Assembly: GCA_033762115.1 (NCBI GenBank)
Contig: JANRLX010000083.1
Span: 1 to 13,794 of the forward strand
DNA length: 13,794 nucleotides
Reading direction: 5' to 3'
DNA from: Verrucomicrobiota bacterium
GTDB lineage: Bacteria; Verrucomicrobiota; Verrucomicrobiia; Limisphaerales; SXQI01
Shown: positions 1-8,206 of the stretch, piece by piece
How the letters are laid out: the number at the start of each line of letters is the position of its first letter
How positions within the stretch are numbered: position 1 is the stretch's first letter
Made by a program: the position numbers and the translations under genes
The notes under the pieces: generated by a model
Seen by the model: the letters and a program-made list of their open reading frames with translations, nothing else
Databases searched by the model: none
What the model was told of the DNA's origin: nothing

Positions 1-1767
1 CTGGAGATCCGGCTCCACCCATTTCCCATGCTCACGGATCAAATCAACGAGCCGATCCACAGCCTCGGCTTCAGGGATATTAAATTTGATTGGAGTCTTG
101 CCAACATACAGATTGATCTTTCCAGGGGCCCCTCCCACATAACCAAAATCCGCATCCGCCATTTCCCCCGGGCCATTCACAATGCAACCCATGATCGCGA
201 TCTTGACCCCTTTCAGATGGCTGGTGCGCTCTTTAATCCGTGCAGTAACAGTTTGGAGATTAAACAGGGTGCGGCCACAGGAAGGACACGCCACATAATC
301 AGTCTTGAAAGAACGGCACCCTGCGGCTTGCAGAATATTAAAGGCCAGTCTCAATGAAGCGCCCGCCCCCGGTTCACCGCGCACCAAAATGGCATCCCCG
401 ATTCCATCTGCCAGTAATGCGCCAATCACAACAGAGGCACGAAGAAGCGCAATTTTCGGTTCCAATGGAGGCGCAGGAGTTGTCAGGCAATCCTTGAGCA
501 GGATGGGATTATTCAGGCCCAATCGTTTGAGTTTGGCTGCGAGCAACCGAAAAGCAGTGATCGTCGGCAATGGGGTCGCATCGCTTACGGTCACCAACTG
601 GGTCTCACAGCTCACCTGAAATTCACCGGTCGGATCAATTTCCTGGACGTTCAGGTCCTCATAAATCGCTTCCGGTTTTACATCGTCCTTAGGTCGTATC
701 TTCGGCGTTACTTTTTCCCAGGCAGAGCGGGGGACCACGACTCGGATCGTTTGCTCCCCGCCGCATTTGACATTGTCACCTAATGAAATTTCCGGCGTGA
801 GACGACGTTCAAAATGAAATGGGTTGTACGAGACGGGGTGTGGCTGGACAGCGGCTTTAATGTTCGCCAGCAGGGGAATCTGGGCAAGCAGATCGCGGCA
901 CACCTCGATTTCGCGGGGCGAATCTTCCGTTAACGAAACCCGGATCGTGTCTCCCAATCCATCCGTAAGCAACGAACCAATCCCAATCGCGCTCTTGATC
1001 CGGCCATCTTCACCTTCACCTGCTTCAGTGACTCCCAGGTGAATGGGATAATTCCAATCCGGTCCAAGCTCGTTCAGGCGCGCGACCAACAGGCGATAAC
1101 ATTCAATCATCACCTTTGGATTGCTCGACTTCATCGAGAAAAGAAAATTATGGAAATTATATTTGCGGGCGATCACTGCGAACTCCAGCGCGCTCTCGAC
1201 CATCCCAAGCGGCGTGTCGCCAAACCGGTTCATGATCCTGTCACTCAGCGAGCCGTGATTGGTGCCGATTCGCATCGCACGTCCAAGTTCCTTGCACCGT
1301 TCCACCAGCGGGGCAAACTTCTGTTCAATCCTTTCAAGCTCCGCCTGGTACTGCTCGTCGGTATATTCCTTGATGGCGAACTTTTTTGAATCCGCGTAAT
1401 TGCCCGGATTGATCCGGACCTTTTCCACCCAATTCGCCGCCTCCATCGCCGCTTCCGGTTTAAAATGAATGTCAGCCACGATCGGCACATGGCAATTCCG
1501 CGCTCTAAGTTCTGCGACGATATTTTTTAGGTTTGCGGCATCCTTGACCGTTGGCGCAGTGATGCGAACGATCTGGCAGCCGACCGCCACCAGATCAAGC
1601 GTTTGCTGAACGGACGCCGCCGTGTCCATTGTGTCGCAGGTCAGCATGCTCTGCATCACCACTGGATGGTTGCCACCAATGATCACTCCGCCATGCTGCG
1701 GATTCCCGACCACCACTTCACGCGTGACACGACGCGCAAAAGAATAAGGAGACGCACAATATTGCAT
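1..1767 (-). CDS. ispG: 4-hydroxy-3-methylbut-2-en-1-yl diphosphate synthase (long form), 3' end beyond window
   Basis: Not in the ORF track because there is no stop in the window. Manual translation from ATG at 1767 gives MQYCASPYSFARRVTREV...VMQSM...IVADIHF...KVRINPGN...RIGTNHGSLS...YPIHLGVTEAG...GDTIRVSLTE. The C-terminal Fe-S motifs YVACPSCGRT and IAIMGCIVNGPGE are in the same frame, which reaches position 1 (589 codons). It starts right after the rseP stop. Confidence 0.97.
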   Translation of the reverse strand, partial: MQYCASPYSFARRVTREVVVGNPQHGGVIIGGNHPVVMQSMLTCDTMDTAASVQQTLDLVAVGCQIVRITAPTVKDAANLKNIVAELRARNCHVPIVADIHFKPEAAMEAANWVEKVRINPGNYADSKKFAIKEYTDEQYQAELERIEQKFAPLVERCKELGRAMRIGTNHGSLSDRIMNRFGDTPLGMVESALEFAVIARKYNFHNFLFSMKSSNPKVMIECYRLLVARLNELGPDWNYPIHLGVTEAGEGEDGRIKSAIGIGSLLTDGLGDTIRVSLTEDSPREIEVCRDLLAQIPLLANIKAAVQPHPVSYNPFHFERRLTPEISLGDNVKCGGEQTIRVVVPRSAWEKVTPKIRPKDDVKPEAIYEDLNVQEIDPTGEFQVSCETQLVTVSDATPLPTITAFRLLAAKLKRLGLNNPILLKDCLTTPAPPLEPKIALLRASVVIGALLADGIGDAILVRGEPGAGASLRLAFNILQAAGCRSFKTDYVACPSCGRTLFNLQTVTARIKERTSHLKGVKIAIMGCIVNGPGEMADADFGYVGGAPGKINLYVGKTPIKFNIPEAEAVDRLVDLIREHGKWVEPDLQ

Positions 1768-1768
1768 T

Positions 1769-3148
1769 TTACTTTCCACTTGCGGGAGCGCTCTGTTCAA
1801 TCCGATTTTCCTGCTGGAACATCGCTTTGAACAAGCGAAAGCGCTTTATATCATGAAAAGAGACATAAAGCATGAATGAGATCAGCAGCAAGGCAAATGC
1901 TGTGGTCGCATACTCCTGGAATTTCGGGCTTAATGGGCGTCGACGTATCTTCTCGATGATCGCAAGCAGGATATGTCCTCCATCCAGCACCGGTAGCGGC
2001 AACAGGTTCAAAAATGCCAGGTTGACATTCAGCAGAACGAGGAAGCTCAAGGCCAGTCGATAATCCGCATTCACCTGCGCTGCCAGTAGCGCCAGGATTC
2101 CTACCGGGCCTGCCAAATCCTTCGGTCCCACCCCTGTTTCCTTCGAGTGAAATAACGCGCTGAATGTTGCAATCGTTTTGTCCCAAACCTCTTTCACCTG
2201 GGTCCAGGGAAGCGGGCCTGGTTTTTGGACAATATATTCATTCTTGGAACTGCTTCCCAAAGCCACCCCGATCAATCCGCGCTTGGTGGAAGGATCCTGG
2301 CGCGGCGTCACTTTCAACATGACTTTTTCATCGCCGCGTTTCACTTCGATATCTGTTGCGACCCCGGCAGCCTTGCTGACTAATGTGATGAATTGGTCAC
2401 GGCTGGCGATCGGGACTCCCGCAAATGCAATCACCACATCCTTGACTTTGATGCCAGCTGCTTCGGCTGCGCTACCGGATTGCACATCCAGCACTTCAGG
2501 GTGATCGCGCGGATCAAGGTTCAGGAATTTGCCACCAATCACATCATTGCTTTTGGCTTCCAGCAAATATTCCTTCTCTTCCTTGTTCCGTTCGATAATC
2601 ACAGGAAGGATATTGGTGCGGGCAAGCACGGTCGTTTCCTGGACCTCTCGCCAGGTCGAGACACGCTGCCCATTGACCGCTACAATCCGGTCTCCTTCCA
2701 TGATTCCAGCCTTCGCCTCAGCAGAACCGGGTTCCACATAACCGATGATCGAAGGGTTCACCAAAACAGGAAGCCCCACAAAATAGATGATGGTTGCAAT
2801 GACAAATGCAAAAACCACATTCATGAACGGCCCCGCAACCGCGACCAGGATTTTCGATACCGGGGAGACAGGCGGCAGCGGTTCCTCATCATGCTTCCCT
2901 TCCAGCGCTTCCGAAGTGACCATCTGCGGCAATTTCACAAACCCACCCGCGGGAATTAACCGCCATGAATATTCAATCTCATCCTTTGTCCAGGAGAGAA
3001 GCTTTGGGCCGAAACCAATCGCAAAAGCTTCCACTTTCAAGCCACGTCGCCGCGCCATCCAGTAATGGCCCCATTCATGAACAAAAACAGCCGCCCCAAA
3101 AAGAAGAAGCACCGCTGCGGCAACGTAAAAATAATTCAGTACAGTCAT
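1769..3148 (-). CDS. rseP: RIP metalloprotease RseP (site-2 protease, M50 family) with two PDZ domains
   Basis: HEWGH zinc motif after the first TM helix, AIGFGP and IPAGGFVK motifs, AGPFMN, two PDZ-like segments (GSAEAKAGIMEGDRIVAVNG; GSAAEAAGIKVKDVVIAFAG) and NLLPLPVLDGG. Adjacent to ispG as is typical. Confidence 0.96.
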   Translation of the reverse strand: MTVLNYFYVAAAVLLLFGAAVFVHEWGHYWMARRRGLKVEAFAIGFGPKLLSWTKDEIEYSWRLIPAGGFVKLPQMVTSEALEGKHDEEPLPPVSPVSKILVAVAGPFMNVVFAFVIATIIYFVGLPVLVNPSIIGYVEPGSAEAKAGIMEGDRIVAVNGQRVSTWREVQETTVLARTNILPVIIERNKEEKEYLLEAKSNDVIGGKFLNLDPRDHPEVLDVQSGSAAEAAGIKVKDVVIAFAGVPIASRDQFITLVSKAAGVATDIEVKRGDEKVMLKVTPRQDPSTKRGLIGVALGSSSKNEYIVQKPGPLPWTQVKEVWDKTIATFSALFHSKETGVGPKDLAGPVGILALLAAQVNADYRLALSFLVLLNVNLAFLNLLPLPVLDGGHILLAIIEKIRRRPLSPKFQEYATTAFALLLISFMLYVSFHDIKRFRLFKAMFQQENRIEQSAPASGK

Positions 3149-3412
3149 TGAAGGTTTTGTTGCAAAAACGAGGCCGAATTTATCCCGAGATCAGGTGCAT
3201 GGCAACTGGCATCCATCAATACTCTTTTGGACCGCATTGATCAAATATCTCACAAAACTCCTAACCTATTCCGGTCCAATTACTTGTAAGGTCTATCCAT
3301 AACTCGATCCAAAAGCGGGTAAAAATGGGGGTGGAAAACAGACTTTTTGTGCACTGCTAACTGCTTGATTTTCAACGATGAACAGAGAAGAGAAATTTTT
3401 CAGTAAATTTCC

Positions 3413-3440
3413 TTGCTCATACAAGCTGTAGTGTTAGCCT
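3413..3440 (+). promoter_or_regulatory. Putative sigma70 promoter of nrdJ
   Basis: TTGCTC (3413-3418), 16-bp spacer, TAGCCT (3435-3440) preceded by an extended -10 TG (3432-3433). The first NrdR-like box fills the spacer. Confidence 0.45.
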
Positions 3441-3465
3441 GAATGAAGCCCACAATATAGGGGCA
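3419..3465 (+). promoter_or_regulatory. Tandem NrdR boxes
   Basis: ataCAAGCTGTAGtgt (3419-3434) and ccaCAATATAGGGgca (3450-3465) resemble the NrdR consensus acaCwAtATaTwGtgt. They are 31 bp apart start-to-start and lie directly upstream of an RNR gene. Confidence 0.7.
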
Positions 3466-3580
3466 TTTAATGTGCCTGGTAGCACATTGCAGTTTTCACC
3501 ACACAACTTAAAATAATCCGGAATACCCGGTTGTCGGTCGAGCAAAACTCACCAACAGTTTATTAACATTAAGGAATCCT

Positions 3581-6500
3581 ATGATTGATGCCCGCGATCA
3601 GGTCCTTCCCGCTGCTTCCAACCAGCATCGTCGAGACCGTAAACCTTCGGTTTCAACTTCCCGTGTTCGCACCTCCTCCAGTAAACGTTTGCAGGTTGAT
3701 CGCGTCTTTAGTGATCCGGATGTGGCTCCATTCGATCAAATCGAATGGGACAAACGCACAGCCGAAATCACCGATGATAACAATAAGGTCATTTTCAAGC
3801 AGGAAGGGGTCGAGGTTCCCAAATTCTGGTCCCTCCTTGCCACCAAGGTTGTCGTTTCAAAATATTTCTACGGTGAGCAGCACACTCCTGAACGTGAAAC
3901 ATCCGTTCGGCAGCTGATCCATCGCGTTTGCCGGACAATTGCCGATTGGGGAATCCAGGATGGATACTTCAGCAAGCAGGATGGCGAAGTGTTTTATGAC
4001 GAGCTGGTCTGGCTCTGCATCAATCAATACGGCGCATTCAATTCACCGGTCTGGTTTAATGTGGGCCTCTTTCATCAGTACGGGGTCGGTAAAAATTCCG
4101 CCCAGGGAAATTGGTTTTACAATCGTCAAACCGGCGAAGCCGAACGCGCTCCCACCCAGTATGAATATCCGCAGGGAAGCGCCTGCTTCATCCAGTCCGT
4201 TGAGGATAACATGGAAGACATCATGCGTCTGGCCTACAGCGAGGCGATGTTATTCAAGTATGGTTCCGGCACCGGTACCGATCTTTCACCCATTCGTTCA
4301 AGCCGTGAAAAACTGAGTGGCGGCGGTCGGCCAAGCGGCCCGATGTCTTTTCTCAAGGTTTACGACCAGGTCGCCAACGTGGTCAAATCCGGCGGCAAAA
4401 CCCGCCGCGCTGCCAAGATGAATACCCTCAAGGATTGGCACGGCGATATCGAGGAGTTCATTGATGCCAAGCAGAAGGAGGAAAAAAAGGCGTGGGCATT
4501 GATTGAGGCAGGATACAACGGCTCCTACAATGGCGATGCCTATGGAAGCGTCATGTATCAAAATGAGAATCTTTCCGTTCGTGCTTCCGATGAATTCATG
4601 GAAGCGGCCTTGAACGGCCAGGAATGGTGGACCCGCGCAGTCACCAATGGCAAACCGTTGGAAAAGAAGGATGCCAAATCCCTTCTGAACAAAATTGCCG
4701 AAGGCACCTGGATTTGTGGAGATCCAGGGATGCAATATGATGGCGCCATCCAGAAGTGGCACACCTGCAAAGGCACTGAGCCCATTCACTCAACCAATCC
4801 CTGCTCTGAATACGTTTTCCTCAATGATACTGCCTGCAATCTGGCCTCTTTGAACCTCATGAAGTTCAAGCGGGAAGACGGCACGTTCGATGTCGAACGT
4901 TTCAAGGCCGCTGTTCGAATCTTCATCACCGCGCAGGAGATCATCGTTGATAACGCAAGCTATCCAACCAAGGAAATCGCCGAAAATTCGCATATTTTTC
5001 GAACCCTGGGATTGGGCTACGCGAACCTTGGTTCGCTCATCATGAGCTACGGTCTTCCATACGATTCTGATGAAGGCCGCGCCCTGGCAGGAGCGATTAC
5101 TTCCATCATGACCGGGCACGCTTATGAGCAATCCGCCGAGTTGGCCCGCGTGGTCTCCCCATTCAAAGGCTATCGCGATGCGCGCTGTTCAGGCGTGAGC
5201 AAGCCGTTCGCAAAAAACAACGTCGAATCAATGACCGGCGTGATCAAACTTCATCGTGAGGCGGTGGAAGGAATCCAGGCGAGTGATGAATTTCATTATT
5301 TAAAACAGGAAGCACGCCGCTGCTGGGACCGCGCCTTGACCAAGGGGCAGGATCATGGCTATCGCAATGCCCAGGTGACAGTGCTCGCACCGACTGGAAC
5401 CATCGCCTTCCTGATGGATTGCGACACAACCGGTGTTGAGCCGGATATCGCCCTTGTAAAATACAAGCTTCTTGCTGGCGGCGGGATGCTCAAAATCGTC
5501 AACCGCACCGTCCCTGAAGCTCTTTCCCGCCTTGGCTACACAGCACAGGAAAGCAAGGCAATCATCGAACATATCGAAAAATTTGATACGATTGAAGATG
5601 TTGAAGAAAACGGTGCGGTCATCCGGAGCGGACTCAAGGAGGAGCACCTGCCGGTTTTCGACTGCGCTTTCAAGGCTTACCGTGGCAAGCGGAGCATTGT
5701 TTACATGGCCCACCTGAAAATGATGGCCGCAGCCCAGCCCTTCATCAGCGGGGCCATCTCAAAAACCGTGAACCTGCCCAATGATTGCACAGTGCAGGAC
5801 ATCGCCGATGCTTACATCCAGGCTTGGAAAATGGGCCTGAAATGTGTGGCCATTTATCGCGATGGTTCAAAACGTTCCCAGCCGTTGAACACAAAGAAAA
5901 CCGGCGAAAATTCCGGTGATGCCAAAAATGACTCGGCTGCCACGGAACAACGGATCACTGAACTGGAGCAACAGGTCGAGGCATTGCGCAAGGAAGCAGG
6001 TCAACCCCTTCGCAAACGCCTCCCGGAAACACGCATCGCCCTGACGCATAAATTCGATATTGCTGGCCATGAAGGCTACTTCACTGTCGGTCTCTTTGAT
6101 GACAAGCGCCCCGGCGAACTCTTCATCACCATGGCCAAGGAAGGTTCAACCATTGGTGGATTGATGGACAGTGTGGGAACACTCACCAGCCTCGCGCTTC
6201 AATATGGCGTGCCATTGGAGGCGTTGGTCAAAAAATTCGCCCATCAACGATTCGAGCCGAGCGGTTTCACCAAAAACCCTGAAATTCGCAACGCCTCCTC
6301 AATCATTGATTATGTGTTCCGCTGGATGGCCCTGGAATTCATTCCTGGCTACCGGGAAAATAACTCGCCAAACCGGAATCAACCGGAACTGGCCATTCCC
6401 GGATTGATCGAGGAAGTCAAAAAAAAAGTGAACCGGCCCGTACCGGAACTGCCCCTCTCTGAGGAAACGGAATTGCTGCATCGCCTCAAACCTGCCAACG

Positions 6501-6658
6501 GCATGGCCAGCTCAAGCCGAACAATCACCAGCCTGAGCGACGCGATTGCCCATTTCCAGCAGGATGCGCCAACCTGCCCAAGCTGTGGTCACGTGGCAGT
6601 GCGCAACGGCGCCTGCTACAAATGCCTGAACTGCGGCGAAAGCCTTGGTTGCAGCTGA
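3581..6658 (+). CDS. nrdJ: Vitamin B12-dependent (class II) ribonucleotide reductase
   Basis: FNSPVWFN, SACFI, SGGKTRRAAKM, catalytic TNPCSE, ACNLASLNL, VLAPTGTI and ISGAISKTVN motifs, a C-terminal TSCPD-like region and a CPSCG...CYKCLNCGESLGCS tail. RBS AAGGA at 3571-3575. No ATP-cone or intein evident. Confidence 0.97.
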   Translation: MIDARDQVLPAASNQHRRDRKPSVSTSRVRTSSSKRLQVDRVFSDPDVAPFDQIEWDKRTAEITDDNNKVIFKQEGVEVPKFWSLLATKVVVSKYFYGEQHTPERETSVRQLIHRVCRTIADWGIQDGYFSKQDGEVFYDELVWLCINQYGAFNSPVWFNVGLFHQYGVGKNSAQGNWFYNRQTGEAERAPTQYEYPQGSACFIQSVEDNMEDIMRLAYSEAMLFKYGSGTGTDLSPIRSSREKLSGGGRPSGPMSFLKVYDQVANVVKSGGKTRRAAKMNTLKDWHGDIEEFIDAKQKEEKKAWALIEAGYNGSYNGDAYGSVMYQNENLSVRASDEFMEAALNGQEWWTRAVTNGKPLEKKDAKSLLNKIAEGTWICGDPGMQYDGAIQKWHTCKGTEPIHSTNPCSEYVFLNDTACNLASLNLMKFKREDGTFDVERFKAAVRIFITAQEIIVDNASYPTKEIAENSHIFRTLGLGYANLGSLIMSYGLPYDSDEGRALAGAITSIMTGHAYEQSAELARVVSPFKGYRDARCSGVSKPFAKNNVESMTGVIKLHREAVEGIQASDEFHYLKQEARRCWDRALTKGQDHGYRNAQVTVLAPTGTIAFLMDCDTTGVEPDIALVKYKLLAGGGMLKIVNRTVPEALSRLGYTAQESKAIIEHIEKFDTIEDVEENGAVIRSGLKEEHLPVFDCAFKAYRGKRSIVYMAHLKMMAAAQPFISGAISKTVNLPNDCTVQDIADAYIQAWKMGLKCVAIYRDGSKRSQPLNTKKTGENSGDAKNDSAATEQRITELEQQVEALRKEAGQPLRKRLPETRIALTHKFDIAGHEGYFTVGLFDDKRPGELFITMAKEGSTIGGLMDSVGTLTSLALQYGVPLEALVKKFAHQRFEPSGFTKNPEIRNASSIIDYVFRWMALEFIPGYRENNSPNRNQPELAIPGLIEEVKKKVNRPVPELPLSEETELLHRLKPANGMASSSRTITSLSDAIAHFQQDAPTCPSCGHVAVRNGACYKCLNCGESLGCS

Positions 6659-6714
6659 TTCGGGAGTCCGAAACTGACAGCCAACCTGCAGGGTTACGTG
6701 GGTTGGGAGGAACC

Positions 6715-6749
6715 AACTGGCCGGCTTTGAAGCCGGCCAGTTTTCATTT
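6715..6749 (+). terminator. Rho-independent terminator after nrdJ, between convergent genes
   Basis: 12-bp stem AACTGGCCGGCT / AGCCGGCCAGTT with a TTGA loop, followed by a T-rich tail. Confidence 0.8.
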
Positions 6750-7099
6750 CACAAGGGAAGATCATCCAGCTTCCACCAGGAGCAATGGGAAGAGGGGAGG
6801 ATTTTGAATGTTTTTCCGCTGCCCTGGATGAGCAGGAATTTTGTCAGAAAATTCGGGCGGGAATGGCCAATCGTCACTTGGTTCGGCCCGGATCTCACTC
6901 CAAAGAAAAATTCCGTCTTCTGAAAATCTCCCCGTTGGAGTAGATTTTGAATTGCCTCGCGATGATCCAGATCTTCAGGAATATCGCTGATCACTCGAAG
7001 TTCCCGCGTTTTTGGAAAAGCCACGGTGGGAAGGTACTCTTCCAACCCATCATCCTTTAAAACTTCAATAGTGACTTCCGCAAATTCCTGCAAGGTCAT
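6749..7099 (-). CDS. Hypothetical protein (116 aa)
   Basis: Fills the gap between the GH16 gene and the terminator, on the same strand as the GH16 gene, with protein-like composition. No family recognised. Confidence 0.7.
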   Translation of the reverse strand: MTLQEFAEVTIEVLKDDGLEEYLPTVAFPKTRELRVISDIPEDLDHREAIQNLLQRGDFQKTEFFFGVRSGPNQVTIGHSRPNFLTKFLLIQGSGKTFKILPSSHCSWWKLDDLPL

Positions 7100-7138
7100 G
7101 CCGCCATGCTACCATTCATGGCGGAGAAGGGAACCCTC

Positions 7139-8206
7139 TCAGGGAAGCGGCCAGCTCAACCCGAAAAATCCTTCGGGCACCGGCTGTTGAAAAAAATTAT
7201 TCGTCAGCTCAGATGGAGGAATGAGAGGGACCCATGTCGAAGAGGTTGCTGAATATTGGATTAATCGTGCGTGGGGAAAATGGCCGGACCAGCGGATGCT
7301 TGGTTGATTCGTGCCATTTCGCATAATTTCCAAAACAGGTGGAAGCACCTGGCTTCTTGCATAGACCCGGACATAATCCACGAACATTTTTTTAGGGAAA
7401 ACAGTCGAAGAGTCCGGCGGCCCGGGCCAGTTGCCTCCCACCGCGATGTTCAGGAGAAGGAAATGCGGTTTTGTGAAGACCCATTGGGTTCCTGGAGGAA
7501 GATTCGCGGGGGTGAGGGAGAAATAGACCTGATTGTCCACAGACCAGCGAATCACGTTTGTTTCCCATTCGACGGCGTAGAGATGATAATCCTGGTCAGC
7601 GGTGACACCAGGAGGAAACAGGAACGCTCTGCTGAGATTGTTTGCGCCTGAATAGCCGGGGCCGTGGAGTGTTCCATAATTCCTGCCCGGTTCGCGTCCG
7701 TTATTTTCCATGATGTCGATCTCACCGCAGATCGGCCAGCCTGTCGTTGCGAATTCGTCTCCCAAGGTCCAGAAAGCAGGCCAAACTCCCTGGCCTGTGG
7801 GCGGCTTGATCCGCGCCTCGATTCTTCCATAGGCCCAGCTTTGACGTGTCTGGGATTTCAGCCGGGCGGAAGTGTACTGGCGCGTGATTCCGTCATTGCC
7901 GGTATAGGTTTCCTTGATCGCCTGGATGACCAGATTGCCATCCTGAATCCATGAATTGGTGCGCCGGGAAGTGTAAGATTGTAATTCGTTATTACCCCAG
8001 CCATGCCCCCCGAAATCAAACAACCAGTTGGTATTTTTTGGCGCAGAGCCGTTTGTCCCGTCAAATTCATCTGACCAGACGAGGGTCCATCCTGAAGTCA
8101 GGGGGGCGCGGGCAAGGGAGGAGTTGATTGCGAGGAAAAAGAAAAGGAAAACCCAAAGGGTGGGTTTAAGATCAATTCGATACCATACCCGAACAAACAA
8201 ACTCAT
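7139..8206 (-). CDS. Secreted glycoside hydrolase family 16 (laminarinase / beta-1,3-glucanase-like)
   Basis: Signal-peptide-like N-terminus, then WTLVWSDEFDG, GWGNNELQSY, YTSARL, YGRIEARIK, GVWPAFW, catalytic GEIDIME, LLLNIAVGGNWPG and VDYVRVY. About 65-aa non-catalytic C-terminal tail. Its start overlaps the upstream stop (ATGA). Confidence 0.93.
   Translation of the reverse strand: MSLFVRVWYRIDLKPTLWVFLFFFLAINSSLARAPLTSGWTLVWSDEFDGTNGSAPKNTNWLFDFGGHGWGNNELQSYTSRRTNSWIQDGNLVIQAIKETYTGNDGITRQYTSARLKSQTRQSWAYGRIEARIKPPTGQGVWPAFWTLGDEFATTGWPICGEIDIMENNGREPGRNYGTLHGPGYSGANNLSRAFLFPPGVTADQDYHLYAVEWETNVIRWSVDNQVYFSLTPANLPPGTQWVFTKPHFLLLNIAVGGNWPGPPDSSTVFPKKMFVDYVRVYARSQVLPPVLEIMRNGTNQPSIRWSGHFPHARLIQYSATSSTWVPLIPPSELTNNFFQQPVPEGFFGLSWPLP

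Noticed and set aside
28..1830. Several track ORFs (28-357, 305-619, 824-1042, 1039-1389, 1245-1490, 1603-1830)
   Set aside because: Antisense or off-frame shadows of ispG. The same applies to the short ORFs nested in rseP, nrdJ, the GH16 and CBM genes, the transposase and the cargo genes.
3179..3340. DnaA-box-like 9-mers (e.g. CTATCCATA, TTTTCCACC on minus) upstream of nrdJ
   Set aside because: Each has two or more mismatches to TTATCCACA, too weak to claim DnaA regulation or an origin.
3446..3580. Possible cobalamin riboswitch or structured leader before nrdJ
   Set aside because: No B12-box or convincing multi-stem structure seen. An Rfam/Infernal scan would be decisive.
6656..6710. TGA followed by a small hairpin (TTCGG-GAGT-CCGAA), suggesting selenocysteine readthrough of nrdJ
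   Set aside because: GCS is the normal C-terminus of this NrdJ type, and readthrough would add only a short unremarkable peptide.
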